From assembly GCA_000165345.1 (NCBI GenBank), contig CM000430.1, forward strand, positions 224,001 to 288,000: a DNA stretch of 64,000 bases, given 5' to 3'. Of this stretch, positions 40,390 through 49,945 are shown piece after piece. The position numbers and the translations under genes were made by a program. A model generated the notes under the pieces. It made no database searches and was not told the DNA's origin. It saw only the letters and a list, made by a program, of their open reading frames with translations. The stretch's first letter is position 1, and every line of letters starts with the position of its first letter.

Positions 40390-42105
40390 ATGCAAGCAAA
40401 TCAGATGGTAGAGCTGAAAGCATTGCAATCTCTAAGAGAAATTTATGATGAGAGCCAAGTAATTAAAGTAAATTTAAAAATTCCAAAGTATGTCTGCCTG
40501 GTGTCAAAATTGGATGGGTACAAAAATCCATATTTTTTTGATGATGAATTAGAATGCTGGGAAGGTAGGGATTGCACAATTTCAGGAAGGTTTAAGTTTT
40601 CAGCATCAGAAGGAATTCAATTAATTAAAGAAAGCATTTGTTTACACCCCAAAACTGAATCGATTATGATATTCATCACAAAAAATCCAGGAGATTTCGC
40701 TAATGAGGAAAATAATATGGGTATCAAGCTCCTTAAAAGACAATATAAGATGTTGAAATCCAGTATTTGCTTTTTTGAAAAACAAGAAATTAATAAATAT
40801 TATGAATACCCACTAAGCCCAACAAATCGTAATATAAACAATAGTTTGAATTTACAGACAAGTTGGAAGACTCTAAAAATATTTTGGTTCGAAGAGTGTA
40901 ATTTGATAGGGAAGGAGGGAACATTTTTAGCACTTGGAGTAGAAATGCCTTTTAGAAGAAGTTTGTCATCATTAATGATTCCAGGAAACTATTTTGACTT
41001 TAATGCTCTAGCTGATACTAAGCTAAACTATATAATAGGGTTAATCAACTTGGTAATTAAATATATTTCAGTTATTAGAAATGTATTTTGTAACACTTTT
41101 TATTTACCCGTCTTTCTTTCAACCGATTCAATTCTTTTGGATATAGAAAGATCCATTGAAGAAAGCATTCTGAATATTACTGAAATAACCATAACCGACA
41201 TTGGTGAAAAATCAAATTTAGATATAATAGAATACTCGACTTTTGGGAATCCAGATTGTCTTTATCCAATACTTAATATTTGTAAAAATAATAGGTACTT
41301 AAGTCCTGAAATAGCAATTTCCTATTTTATTGAATGTTTCTTAAGGAAGAATAGAGAAAACAGCCCAATGAAAATTGAGAAAATACAAAATATTTATGAT
41401 TGCTTTGACCCAAATATTTTGAAAAGCGCTGTAAATGAAAGAATTCTAAACAAATGGCAACCTTTAATTTTTTCTGGTGATATAATATTTCAAGATAAAA
41501 ACAATAATGTTTATAATGCTTTGAATAATCAAGATAAGATTACAGATTTGATTATTCAAAAGAAAGTAAATTTAATTGTAAAGATTGGAATGCCATCAAT
41601 TGTCTTCTCTCTTGGTTTGCTAATTTCGAATATTTTTGGAGGTAAGGACCTTTTTGTTTCATGTGATAATGATATTTTGCATTCTGTTGATTGTTTATGC
41701 GAATGGAATTCCTGCGGTGATTTTGTCCCATTTATTGGAAGAGTTAAAGAAGGCAATGTGATGAACTCTCTTTCTGGAAGAAGAAACCAATCTGTAGAAG
41801 ACATTATGCCAGAACTTAATCCTAAAAGTGGATCTCATCCTCACACCTTGCAGCTCAACAACAAAATCCAAAAGCTCTTGTGGGGCTGTCTTAATTTCAC
41901 TCCATGCCAGAGATTAACACTTGCTCAAGTCGAACATGAGCTTAGACGTATAAACGATGATTTAGCATTTATCTATCAACAAAGGATAAATAAGTTTGAC
42001 ACTAAATCAACTCGGAGCGTAAGGTGGATTAATAAACTTAAAGCTAATCTTAAAAAAAATGATAAATCTAGATCATCCGAGAATAATATTAATATTAATG
42101 TGTGA
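40390..42105 (+). CDS. Hypothetical protein, with a C-terminal region that looks like a degenerate kinase C-lobe (possible pseudokinase)
   Basis: 571-aa ORF with ATG start. The C-terminus (DLFVSCDND…PFIG…IQKLLWGCLNFTPCQRLTLAQVEHEL) resembles protein-kinase subdomains IX-XI. No GxGxxG, VAIK or HRD motifs were found. Confidence 0.4.
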   Translation: MQANQMVELKALQSLREIYDESQVIKVNLKIPKYVCLVSKLDGYKNPYFFDDELECWEGRDCTISGRFKFSASEGIQLIKESICLHPKTESIMIFITKNPGDFANEENNMGIKLLKRQYKMLKSSICFFEKQEINKYYEYPLSPTNRNINNSLNLQTSWKTLKIFWFEECNLIGKEGTFLALGVEMPFRRSLSSLMIPGNYFDFNALADTKLNYIIGLINLVIKYISVIRNVFCNTFYLPVFLSTDSILLDIERSIEESILNITEITITDIGEKSNLDIIEYSTFGNPDCLYPILNICKNNRYLSPEIAISYFIECFLRKNRENSPMKIEKIQNIYDCFDPNILKSAVNERILNKWQPLIFSGDIIFQDKNNNVYNALNNQDKITDLIIQKKVNLIVKIGMPSIVFSLGLLISNIFGGKDLFVSCDNDILHSVDCLCEWNSCGDFVPFIGRVKEGNVMNSLSGRRNQSVEDIMPELNPKSGSHPHTLQLNNKIQKLLWGCLNFTPCQRLTLAQVEHELRRINDDLAFIYQQRINKFDTKSTRSVRWINKLKANLKKNDKSRSSENNININV

Positions 42106-42530
42106 TCAAATTTTTAAGTTTATTTAAATCTGTGCTTAAAACTGTTTAAGTTTTCATTTTTTATTCAATAATGCGTGGTTGCTCTTTAGTATAAAACTAT
42201 TTTAGGGAAAGCAATAATTATTGGAATTAACATAATACAGAAAATTAACTAATAAATAAGAATTAACAGCCTTTAATTAAATCGTTTATCACTTTCTTTT
42301 TATAATTAAAAGCCTTAAATGGCTTTTTTTATGAGTATAAAAATAACTTATTGCGATAGTGTTTTAAATAATTTATTAATAATTGAATTTATCAATGCAA
42401 TAAATAGTAAAAAGGCACAATTATAACAATGAATTGATTAAATAGATTAATAGAGAATATGCATTGAAATTATTGCAACAAATTTTTTTAAAAAATTGTA
42501 TTTTTGTTAAAATTAAGAAATTTATAAGCA

Positions 42531-42544
42531 TTTAGGCGCCAATT
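42531..42544. promoter_or_regulatory. E2F-like motif TTTAGGCGCCAATT, about 180 bp upstream of the 42720 gene
   Basis: Seen in sequence. Confidence 0.4.
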
Positions 42545-42719
42545 ATCTAGTTACCAATTAGTGCACAATTGCACTATGTGGGATAGCAGTGCAATAATTA
42601 TTTTGCGCTGTCTAACCAAACTATTGACAAAAAAAAAATTAAAAATACAAATAAGTAACAAGTCCAAATATCATCACTACACCAAAACATATTTATCTAT
42701 TTTGAAGTGATTTAGGATT

Positions 42720-44972
42720 ATGACAGGAGTTTATGAAAAACAATGCAGAGGAGCAAGATTTGACTATATGGTATCAACTGTGGAGAATTGCAAAAGTTTA
42801 ATGGAAAACAAAAATTATAAGGAGTCATATTCATTGATTTGTGAACTCTTATTGTCTCTTTGCAATGATAAAGAGCTAATTGAAGAATTCTTTTACAGTG
42901 GTGCATTTGAATTATGTTGTGAATTTCTAAGAATTAAAGGAGAAAATGATATGAAAACAATGAATAATAGTATTCCTGAAGTACAAGAAGTTGAAGTTCC
43001 TTGCTTAATTGTTGAGCAGTTGTCGTTACTTTCATCATTTACATTGCAATCATTTGATGAAGAAATCGGAGAAATTTCAATGCTTATTTTCTTTTTAACT
43101 GAAAGGCATAGATATTATGTTGATGTAAATTGGAAATCAAACGAGCTAAAGTATATGGGAATTTTTCTTCAATCTCATTTTCGCTTTTTGTATTCTGCAA
43201 TTAAATCAATTAATAAGTTTGAAAAGAGCGAAGGACTTTCTATTTTACTATTAACACTAAAAAACATTGAAGTGGCAATACGTGGCTGCCCTGCTCATAG
43301 AATAGTTCCTAATATGGTGAAAGCACTTATTGAACATTCGACTTGGGAAATTATTAGTTTAGTTGCAGAGACAATTATTTCAAATACATTGGAGCTTGTA
43401 TTTGAGCAAAAGGAAAATACTGAAAATGATAATACCAAAATCTTAATGCAATTCAGGGAATGTACTTTTGTACTAATTCAGATTATATCATATTTACCAA
43501 CAATTGGTACAAGTCCAGGAATAAATAGACATATAATACCTTCTTTAATACAAATTGGGCTCCAAAAACTATTTCTAACTCAAAGTAATTCTACTGTAAG
43601 CATTAGGTGTTCATGTAGATACTGCGAGAATTGTAGAAAAATACAAAAAATTTGTACGAAAAGGGAAGAATTAATTATTAAAGAATCTGCCCCACTACTA
43701 CAGGAATTAATCGAAGTTTTTATCCAAAATAATGCTCTAGACCTACTAAGTAAATTAATAACAAGTATACAGAATATTGACAACAATTGTGTGATAAATG
43801 ATACTTCCTCAAGTAATTATTTTGGTTATCAAAGAGCATTCATTAATATGATACCTTTCGTACAAAAAAGATTTGATACTGATCATTTAAATAAAACTAT
43901 TGTCATGTTAATGCAAATAATGCCAAAATCGACAAAAATCTCGGCTGAAAATACTCAATCAATAACTACATTAGAATTAAATAGAACATGTTTTGCTAAA
44001 GTAACTATTTCAAAACCTGGGCTTGAAGACTCTGATATTAATTCAGATGAGAAATACAGTGATATTAAATCAATTGAAATTGTTACTTTGACTGAACAAA
44101 CAAAAGCTATTGTCAGCTGTTTGACTGGAATAATTTTACAAAGCTTTGAATTTCCATTAAAAAGTAATGAAAATGTTAAACTATCAGGAATTCTTGAAAT
44201 TGTTTGTCCTACATTTGAATTACTATTAAGGAAATGCATAATTGAATGGGAAAAACAAATTGATTACATTATTAATAATAAATTTACAAATGAACAGATG
44301 GTATTGATCTTATCAGAAATGAATACATTACTTCATTTAATTGTACCAATTTACTTAAAGTATCTAAGACATAAAAATATCAACGGTAATAGTAAAAATA
44401 TACACAAATCAACATTTCAATTTCTGCAAAAAACCCTTAGCAATATATTATCTGTATTTTCGGACTTTTTCTTAAGCTTATCTCAAATATTTATCACAGA
44501 ATCTAATTCTGAAAATCTTTCCAAGGATAATTTAAAATCACCTGCTCGTAATCAAATAAGCCAGGAACGAAAGGACATTATTTACTCTATTGGTTCTAGC
44601 CTAATTTCTTCACTATCAATAATCTCTGATGTTTCAACATACAACTGGACAAATGTATCACGAAGAAGATACTTACCTTCACCTCATTTTAAAATATGTG
44701 GCTGGATCTCATCTAGTCAATTCAAATTTGTCGATTTATGGAAAAGAATATTTATTTCTGAGCGTTGTATAATTGTTAAAGAGCTTTCTCAAATAGTAAC
44801 CCTAATTTCAGAAAGAAGCTCTGCATTGAACTCAAAAGATATTATAACACGAAGCCTCAAATTTAGTTCGGAAGATAATGATGAATATGATGCATTTTTA
44901 GAGGACACTGACGATGAGTTATATAATGATTCTTTAGAGAATATAAGCCTAAGCTTAAATAACGTTGATTAA
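42720..44972 (+). CDS. Hypothetical protein, large helical, with one Cys cluster (CSCRYCENCRKIQKIC)
   Basis: 750-aa ORF with ATG start and no recognisable domain. Acidic C-terminal tail. Confidence 0.5.
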   Translation: MTGVYEKQCRGARFDYMVSTVENCKSLMENKNYKESYSLICELLLSLCNDKELIEEFFYSGAFELCCEFLRIKGENDMKTMNNSIPEVQEVEVPCLIVEQLSLLSSFTLQSFDEEIGEISMLIFFLTERHRYYVDVNWKSNELKYMGIFLQSHFRFLYSAIKSINKFEKSEGLSILLLTLKNIEVAIRGCPAHRIVPNMVKALIEHSTWEIISLVAETIISNTLELVFEQKENTENDNTKILMQFRECTFVLIQIISYLPTIGTSPGINRHIIPSLIQIGLQKLFLTQSNSTVSIRCSCRYCENCRKIQKICTKREELIIKESAPLLQELIEVFIQNNALDLLSKLITSIQNIDNNCVINDTSSSNYFGYQRAFINMIPFVQKRFDTDHLNKTIVMLMQIMPKSTKISAENTQSITTLELNRTCFAKVTISKPGLEDSDINSDEKYSDIKSIEIVTLTEQTKAIVSCLTGIILQSFEFPLKSNENVKLSGILEIVCPTFELLLRKCIIEWEKQIDYIINNKFTNEQMVLILSEMNTLLHLIVPIYLKYLRHKNINGNSKNIHKSTFQFLQKTLSNILSVFSDFFLSLSQIFITESNSENLSKDNLKSPARNQISQERKDIIYSIGSSLISSLSIISDVSTYNWTNVSRRRYLPSPHFKICGWISSSQFKFVDLWKRIFISERCIIVKELSQIVTLISERSSALNSKDIITRSLKFSSEDNDEYDAFLEDTDDELYNDSLENISLSLNNVD

Positions 44973-45325
44973 AAAAAAATAACTTAAGAGTATTTATCTG
45001 GAATTTTGTACTGTTAATTAGATTTTACTTGGGAAATAATTTTAGAAAGTTAACTACGGAGTATTTTCAATATTTATTATATATATTTTCTATTTTTATT
45101 TTTTTTTCTAAATAAATTGATCCCCTTGCACGCGTTAAATGGGGGGGAATTACATGCTAATTAATTTGTATTTTAATCGTAATACAAATTAAATATATAC
45201 GAAGAAGTGTTTCTTAGGGATTAATGAAAGTTGTTCTTTGAAAAAGCCAAGTTATTTTTAAATCTTATGAGTGTTGGTAATATTCCGATTTACTTATTTA
45301 AAAATTAATAATCTTTCGTTTAGAT

Positions 45326-46603
45326 ATGGATTTATCTATTAAAAACGAAAATAGTTTGGCAAATTTCACGAGCGAAGAGTTAACATGCTACGAAACATGG
45401 TATAAAATAATTCAGCATTTCAGCGACAAATATCCTTCCAGTTCGGAACCGATTAATCACCATGATATTCCAAAGTTTGGGATGATTACGGCTAGGTTTT
45501 TAAAAACCTCGGGTATACCTAAGGATGTTCTTCACGATATATGGCAAATTGTTGATACTGAAAATAAAGGAATACTGGGATTTTCAGACTTTGGGAATGC
45601 ATGCAGACTAGTTTCATTTTTTCAACATGAAAAAATTTTCCCAAATCAACATATGTTATCAAAAATTCCTCTAAAACTTGCATATTTTAACATTTCAAAG
45701 TTTTGGGAAGAGGCTGAGAAAGCTGTTAAGGTTGATGAGCAAGATATAAATAGTATAATTAACTCATACTTTTCCGATACTTCGCATATTTCTGATTGCC
45801 TGAAAAGGTTCAAGGATTTAGACGAAAAGAAAAGTGGATATCTTGATGGTATTACGATCTTTAACAAGTACATAAGCTCAAATCTTGTTAGAAAAGAGCT
45901 TAAACAGATCTGGGACTTCTCTGATTTAGATGAGGATGGAAAGCTTTCGGCTGCAGAATTCATAATCTTCAACACTCTAGTCAAGGTTTCCATAGAAAGA
46001 AATATTAGTATTAATTCAGGTGTTTCTAAACAAAGTATGTTAATTGTGATCAACAAAATAATAGAAATGGAGAGTGAATATAAAGGAACAGATTATAGAA
46101 ATATTCTCAAGCTCAGAGAAAATAATTTAATACAATTTACTCCTGCTGAGGAAAAAGAAGTCGAAAAATTAAAGAGTGAAATTGAGATGTTGAACGGCGA
46201 AATTGATGATTTTAAACAGGCTAAAAATATATTGACACGTTATAAAGAAAGCGACGACCAGCAGATCCTTAAACTAAGCGAGAAAAAATTGATGTTGATG
46301 TCCGAACATAAAGAACTCATTCAAAATTTGAACGAAAAACACTCGGAAATAGTAAAGAACAGAGATTTAATTAACTATTTATACCAAGATATTAAATTCC
46401 TCAAAGAAACAAATAATTTGTTATCTAATTTCGATCTTCCAAAAGCTATAAATGTTAGAAATGGGAAGGTAGGCCCAGATACGAGTATTAACAAGAACAT
46501 TCCGAAGATTAATACAAATATAGGAGATGTTGTATTCGAAAAATGTCAAAATAGGAGGTATAAAGATTGGGTAGAGTTCCCTTCAAGGGGTAATCACGTT
46601 TAA
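45326..46603 (+). CDS. EH-domain protein (two Eps15-homology domains plus coiled coil; Eps15/End3/Pan1-like)
   Basis: EH domain 1: WYKIIQHF…GMITARFLKTSGIPKDVLHDIWQIVDTENKGILGFSDFGNACRLV. EH domain 2: SGYLDGITIFNKYISSNLVRKELKQIWDFSDLDEDGKLSAAEFIIFNTLV (EF-hand-like DLDEDGKLSAAEF). The C-terminal third is a heptad-rich coiled coil. Confidence 0.6.
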   Translation: MDLSIKNENSLANFTSEELTCYETWYKIIQHFSDKYPSSSEPINHHDIPKFGMITARFLKTSGIPKDVLHDIWQIVDTENKGILGFSDFGNACRLVSFFQHEKIFPNQHMLSKIPLKLAYFNISKFWEEAEKAVKVDEQDINSIINSYFSDTSHISDCLKRFKDLDEKKSGYLDGITIFNKYISSNLVRKELKQIWDFSDLDEDGKLSAAEFIIFNTLVKVSIERNISINSGVSKQSMLIVINKIIEMESEYKGTDYRNILKLRENNLIQFTPAEEKEVEKLKSEIEMLNGEIDDFKQAKNILTRYKESDDQQILKLSEKKLMLMSEHKELIQNLNEKHSEIVKNRDLINYLYQDIKFLKETNNLLSNFDLPKAINVRNGKVGPDTSINKNIPKINTNIGDVVFEKCQNRRYKDWVEFPSRGNHV

Positions 46604-46623
46604 TGAATTTCCTAATTTAGGTT

Positions 46624-49308
46624 TTATGATAGTTTGTATTTCTGTCCTGAAATCTTTCTAATACTTCCACTTATCACTAATGTGTCCAGGCAAGCATCAA
46701 ACTCCTTTCTATAGTCAAATTGGTTAAATTCACTTGAATTCCCTGTCTTGAGTTGTTCCATGATTTTGTTGAAGATTCCATCCTTGGAGATTCCATCAGG
46801 ATTATTGCTGAGGATCTCAAGCAAAATTTTATTTATCTTCGCTTGTATCATTCTTTCTCTTCCTCCAAAACCAATAGTCAGCTGTTCCATGTCGATCAAT
46901 CCTGTAGTTGGGTCAACTAATGCGCTATAGGTTGCAGACATCATTAGTCTAGTTGCCTCATCCACGTGCGATTTCTTAACCCATTCGGAAAGTTCCATTC
47001 TGGCCAGAGATTCCGAAATACGGATTAGGCTTTCTAGCTGTCTTGGAGTAGCAGTGATTGTTTTCTGTCTCTGCAAGCTGCCACCAGTAGAACCCTGTCT
47101 TCTCATTGAAATATAATTCTGCACCAACTTGTTGCACGCATCAGTTGATAGTTTTGGATTGCAATTTTGTCGGCAGTAACTTATATACCTAGAAAGAGTG
47201 ACTTTATCAAAAATGGCTGAGCTTGCGGGTTTTTCGTTTGAGTTATAGGATGTATAAAGCGCACATAGGTGTTCTGCAAGCCTTTTATCAGACTCTTCGC
47301 TCTGCTTGTCAAGCATTAGATAAATTAGGTCAAACCTAGACATCAATGATGGCGGAAGATTGATGTTTTCAACAACACTCTTTTTAGGATCATAACGACT
47401 TGAGATTGGATTTGCAGAGGCAAGAATAGCAACTCTTGCATTTAGTGAACAGATAATACCTGCTTTTGCAATGCTTACTGTTTGTTGTTCCATTGCCTCA
47501 TGCAAAATACTTCTTGAAGAATCATCCATTTTGTCAAATTCATCAATGCAACATATACCTCTGTCACTCAAAACTAGTGCTCCACTTTCTAGCACAATCT
47601 CCTTAGTTTCGGGGTCTTTTGTAATGTAAGCTGTCAGACCAACAGCAGAACTACCCTTTCCACTAATGTAATAACCTCTTGGGGTAATTTTGTGGATATA
47701 CTGAAGTAGCTGAGATTTTGCAGTACTTGGATCTCCACATAAGAGAATATTTATTTCACTCCTATTAAGAGAGGAGTTATTTGGCTGTTTATATTCTAAA
47801 GAGTTAGAAGATGAGCAATTCTGACCATCTAGACCAGCCACCATTTCTGATGCTGCCTTCAGTAGGTTTTTCCTACTTCCTCCAAAAAGTTGGCATAATA
47901 AACCTTTTTTTACATCATCATTCTCCCAAATACTTGGAGCGATTGACCTAGAGAGTTTATCATAAAGCATTGGATCCTTAGACATTGCGTGAAACTGCTC
48001 AATCATTTCTTTTGTAAAAAGATTGTTTTTCTCAACAGAATTAATGTTCTGACCATCTATGGACTGTATTCCATTGTCTATCTCTGACATTTCTCCAGCA
48101 GAATTACCAACTACAGAATAGAGCATATTACATGTGTTTTTGTTTACATGTAAAATGTCGATATAGGTTCTAAATACTGACATTAGCTGCCTTCTTTTAG
48201 CCACCTGTCTGACTCCGGATACCTTAACTATTCCATTAAACTCTATTCTATCGCCTGGACGGCAGCAATCAACCATTTCATCATATACATAACCTAAAAT
48301 TGTGTGTGGGGTCTCACCTGGTGGTATAGTATCAGGAAGCTCTTGGATCTTTAATATTTGCTTGTTAGAAAATTGGCATAAATTGTGCATAAGCTCAAAT
48401 GAGTAGTTGTTATTACAAACAGGGCACAGAGTAGGCTCATCAATCTCTCCCCCTATCAATAAACGATACTCTCTGTGGTCACAGTTTGTGTGCAAACCGT
48501 TTGCATTATAAGAACTAGTACATCTGAATACCGCCTTTTGCATCTCTGGAATAATGTCTGAACAGCGAATTACTATTCCACGAATGCTAACAAGTTGCTC
48601 AATATCCGATGGGTTTACTTCCCTCATATTACAAATATTAATATTATCAAATACACGTACTTTTGGAAGTGCAAATTCTTTTAGAAAATCATCACCTAGA
48701 ATTGACTCAATTTCAGATTCAATAACTTCATCCATAAATACTATCGCATCGCTTGGAGCGGATACAATAGTGTAATAAAGACCCTTGTTAAAGTCTTCAA
48801 TGTGTCTCAAGCTGATATCAAAGCTATATCCAGATGAGTGAGATCCATTTTTGTTATCATTTTCACCCTCAATTGTGAGTTGCGCTTCTAATAATTTCTT
48901 TAAAAGAGTCATATATGTTGATGTCCCACCATCAATCATTGAATTGCTCCCTTTTGAAGTACTGTACTCTGCAATTGAATCTCCATCTTTTGCAATGTAG
49001 CTTTTTAAAAAAGTTGAAAATAACTCCTTAAATTCAACTTCACCTCCAATTTCAACGCTGTTCAAATGTTTTTTTACTATTTCCGACTCATTCAAAGAAG
49101 ATGCATTACAACTGGACGCATAACGTTCGCCTCTAATTCTGGCCGTATCGCCTAAGTCCGTTCTTGAAAGCTTTCCTGCACTCCCAATTGTTCTTATACT
49201 TTGGCCTATTGAGCTTCCGTCCAATTGGGAATACCCATCATTCGCTGCGCTCATAGAAGCATCAAACATAATCCCATCGCTGTTTGCAACACTTTTTTCA
49301 TCTTCCAT
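46624..49308 (-). CDS. DNA replication licensing factor MCM, most likely MCM6
   Basis: 894 aa. C4 zinc finger (CTSSYNANG…CDHRE…CPVCNNN), Walker A GDPSTAKSQLLQYIHKITPRGYYISGKGSSAVGLTAY (GDPST…SGK.SSA.GLTA is MCM6-like), Walker B DEFDKM and arginine finger SRFD. The N-terminal block YMTLLKKLLE…ISLRHIEDFNKGL resembles the MCM6 N-terminus. MCM4 is not fully excluded. Confidence 0.6.
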   Translation of the reverse strand: MEDEKSVANSDGIMFDASMSAANDGYSQLDGSSIGQSIRTIGSAGKLSRTDLGDTARIRGERYASSCNASSLNESEIVKKHLNSVEIGGEVEFKELFSTFLKSYIAKDGDSIAEYSTSKGSNSMIDGGTSTYMTLLKKLLEAQLTIEGENDNKNGSHSSGYSFDISLRHIEDFNKGLYYTIVSAPSDAIVFMDEVIESEIESILGDDFLKEFALPKVRVFDNINICNMREVNPSDIEQLVSIRGIVIRCSDIIPEMQKAVFRCTSSYNANGLHTNCDHREYRLLIGGEIDEPTLCPVCNNNYSFELMHNLCQFSNKQILKIQELPDTIPPGETPHTILGYVYDEMVDCCRPGDRIEFNGIVKVSGVRQVAKRRQLMSVFRTYIDILHVNKNTCNMLYSVVGNSAGEMSEIDNGIQSIDGQNINSVEKNNLFTKEMIEQFHAMSKDPMLYDKLSRSIAPSIWENDDVKKGLLCQLFGGSRKNLLKAASEMVAGLDGQNCSSSNSLEYKQPNNSSLNRSEINILLCGDPSTAKSQLLQYIHKITPRGYYISGKGSSAVGLTAYITKDPETKEIVLESGALVLSDRGICCIDEFDKMDDSSRSILHEAMEQQTVSIAKAGIICSLNARVAILASANPISSRYDPKKSVVENINLPPSLMSRFDLIYLMLDKQSEESDKRLAEHLCALYTSYNSNEKPASSAIFDKVTLSRYISYCRQNCNPKLSTDACNKLVQNYISMRRQGSTGGSLQRQKTITATPRQLESLIRISESLARMELSEWVKKSHVDEATRLMMSATYSALVDPTTGLIDMEQLTIGFGGRERMIQAKINKILLEILSNNPDGISKDGIFNKIMEQLKTGNSSEFNQFDYRKEFDACLDTLVISGSIRKISGQKYKLS

Positions 49309-49417
49309 ATTTTTTTATCTTAAATTTTATAACGAACAAAAGGTTCTCCAAACAAATAATATCCGGGAAAGCTTCAGTAACTCGGTTATTTGAAAGGCTT
49401 TTAAATTGAGAAAATTC

Positions 49418-49431
49418 TTTTTTTTTTTTTT
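49418..49431. repeat. Poly(dT) tract, 14 nt, about 110 bp upstream of the MCM6-like ATG
   Basis: Direct reading. Confidence 0.85.
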
Positions 49432-49817
49432 GGATAGGAAGTATTTTCCCTTATGTGGGGTATATAGGTATACATAAATGAATACCGCTTTAGTGTGGGA
49501 ACAGTGACATTTTCCCAATTAATAAATTTAATATTTAAAAACAAAATAACAAAAATTTTTGGATATCTTTTTCCATAAACTACTTAATTGATTATCTTCT
49601 CATAAAAGTAATATTTATCTCTTCCTACTTAGAAATTTATTTAATGTAAAGTTAGCTTTGACTAGATAAAAAACTATATCAAATTTTCATACAGACAATA
49701 ATGAATTTTGCTCAATAATTGCGAATATTCAAAATTTGCACATTTTTTTTTGAATTATTCTGCCTATAATATATTTTGGATTAATTTGTTTTTTTTTTTT
49801 GTTTAATCATCCAATAG

Positions 49818-49830
49818 TTTGACGCGCTAA
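49818..49830. promoter_or_regulatory. E2F-like variant TTTGACGCGCTAA in the divergent MCM6-like/49946 spacer
   Basis: Seen in sequence. Confidence 0.3.
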
Positions 49831-49945
49831 GAACAAAGTTCTGATTAATTAATAATTTATGAGTAAATACAGAAAGAGAGGAAATATTGTATGTAGATTA
49901 GTGCTGAAGACTTAGTTAGAGTGAATTGCAGCTGATCGCATTACA

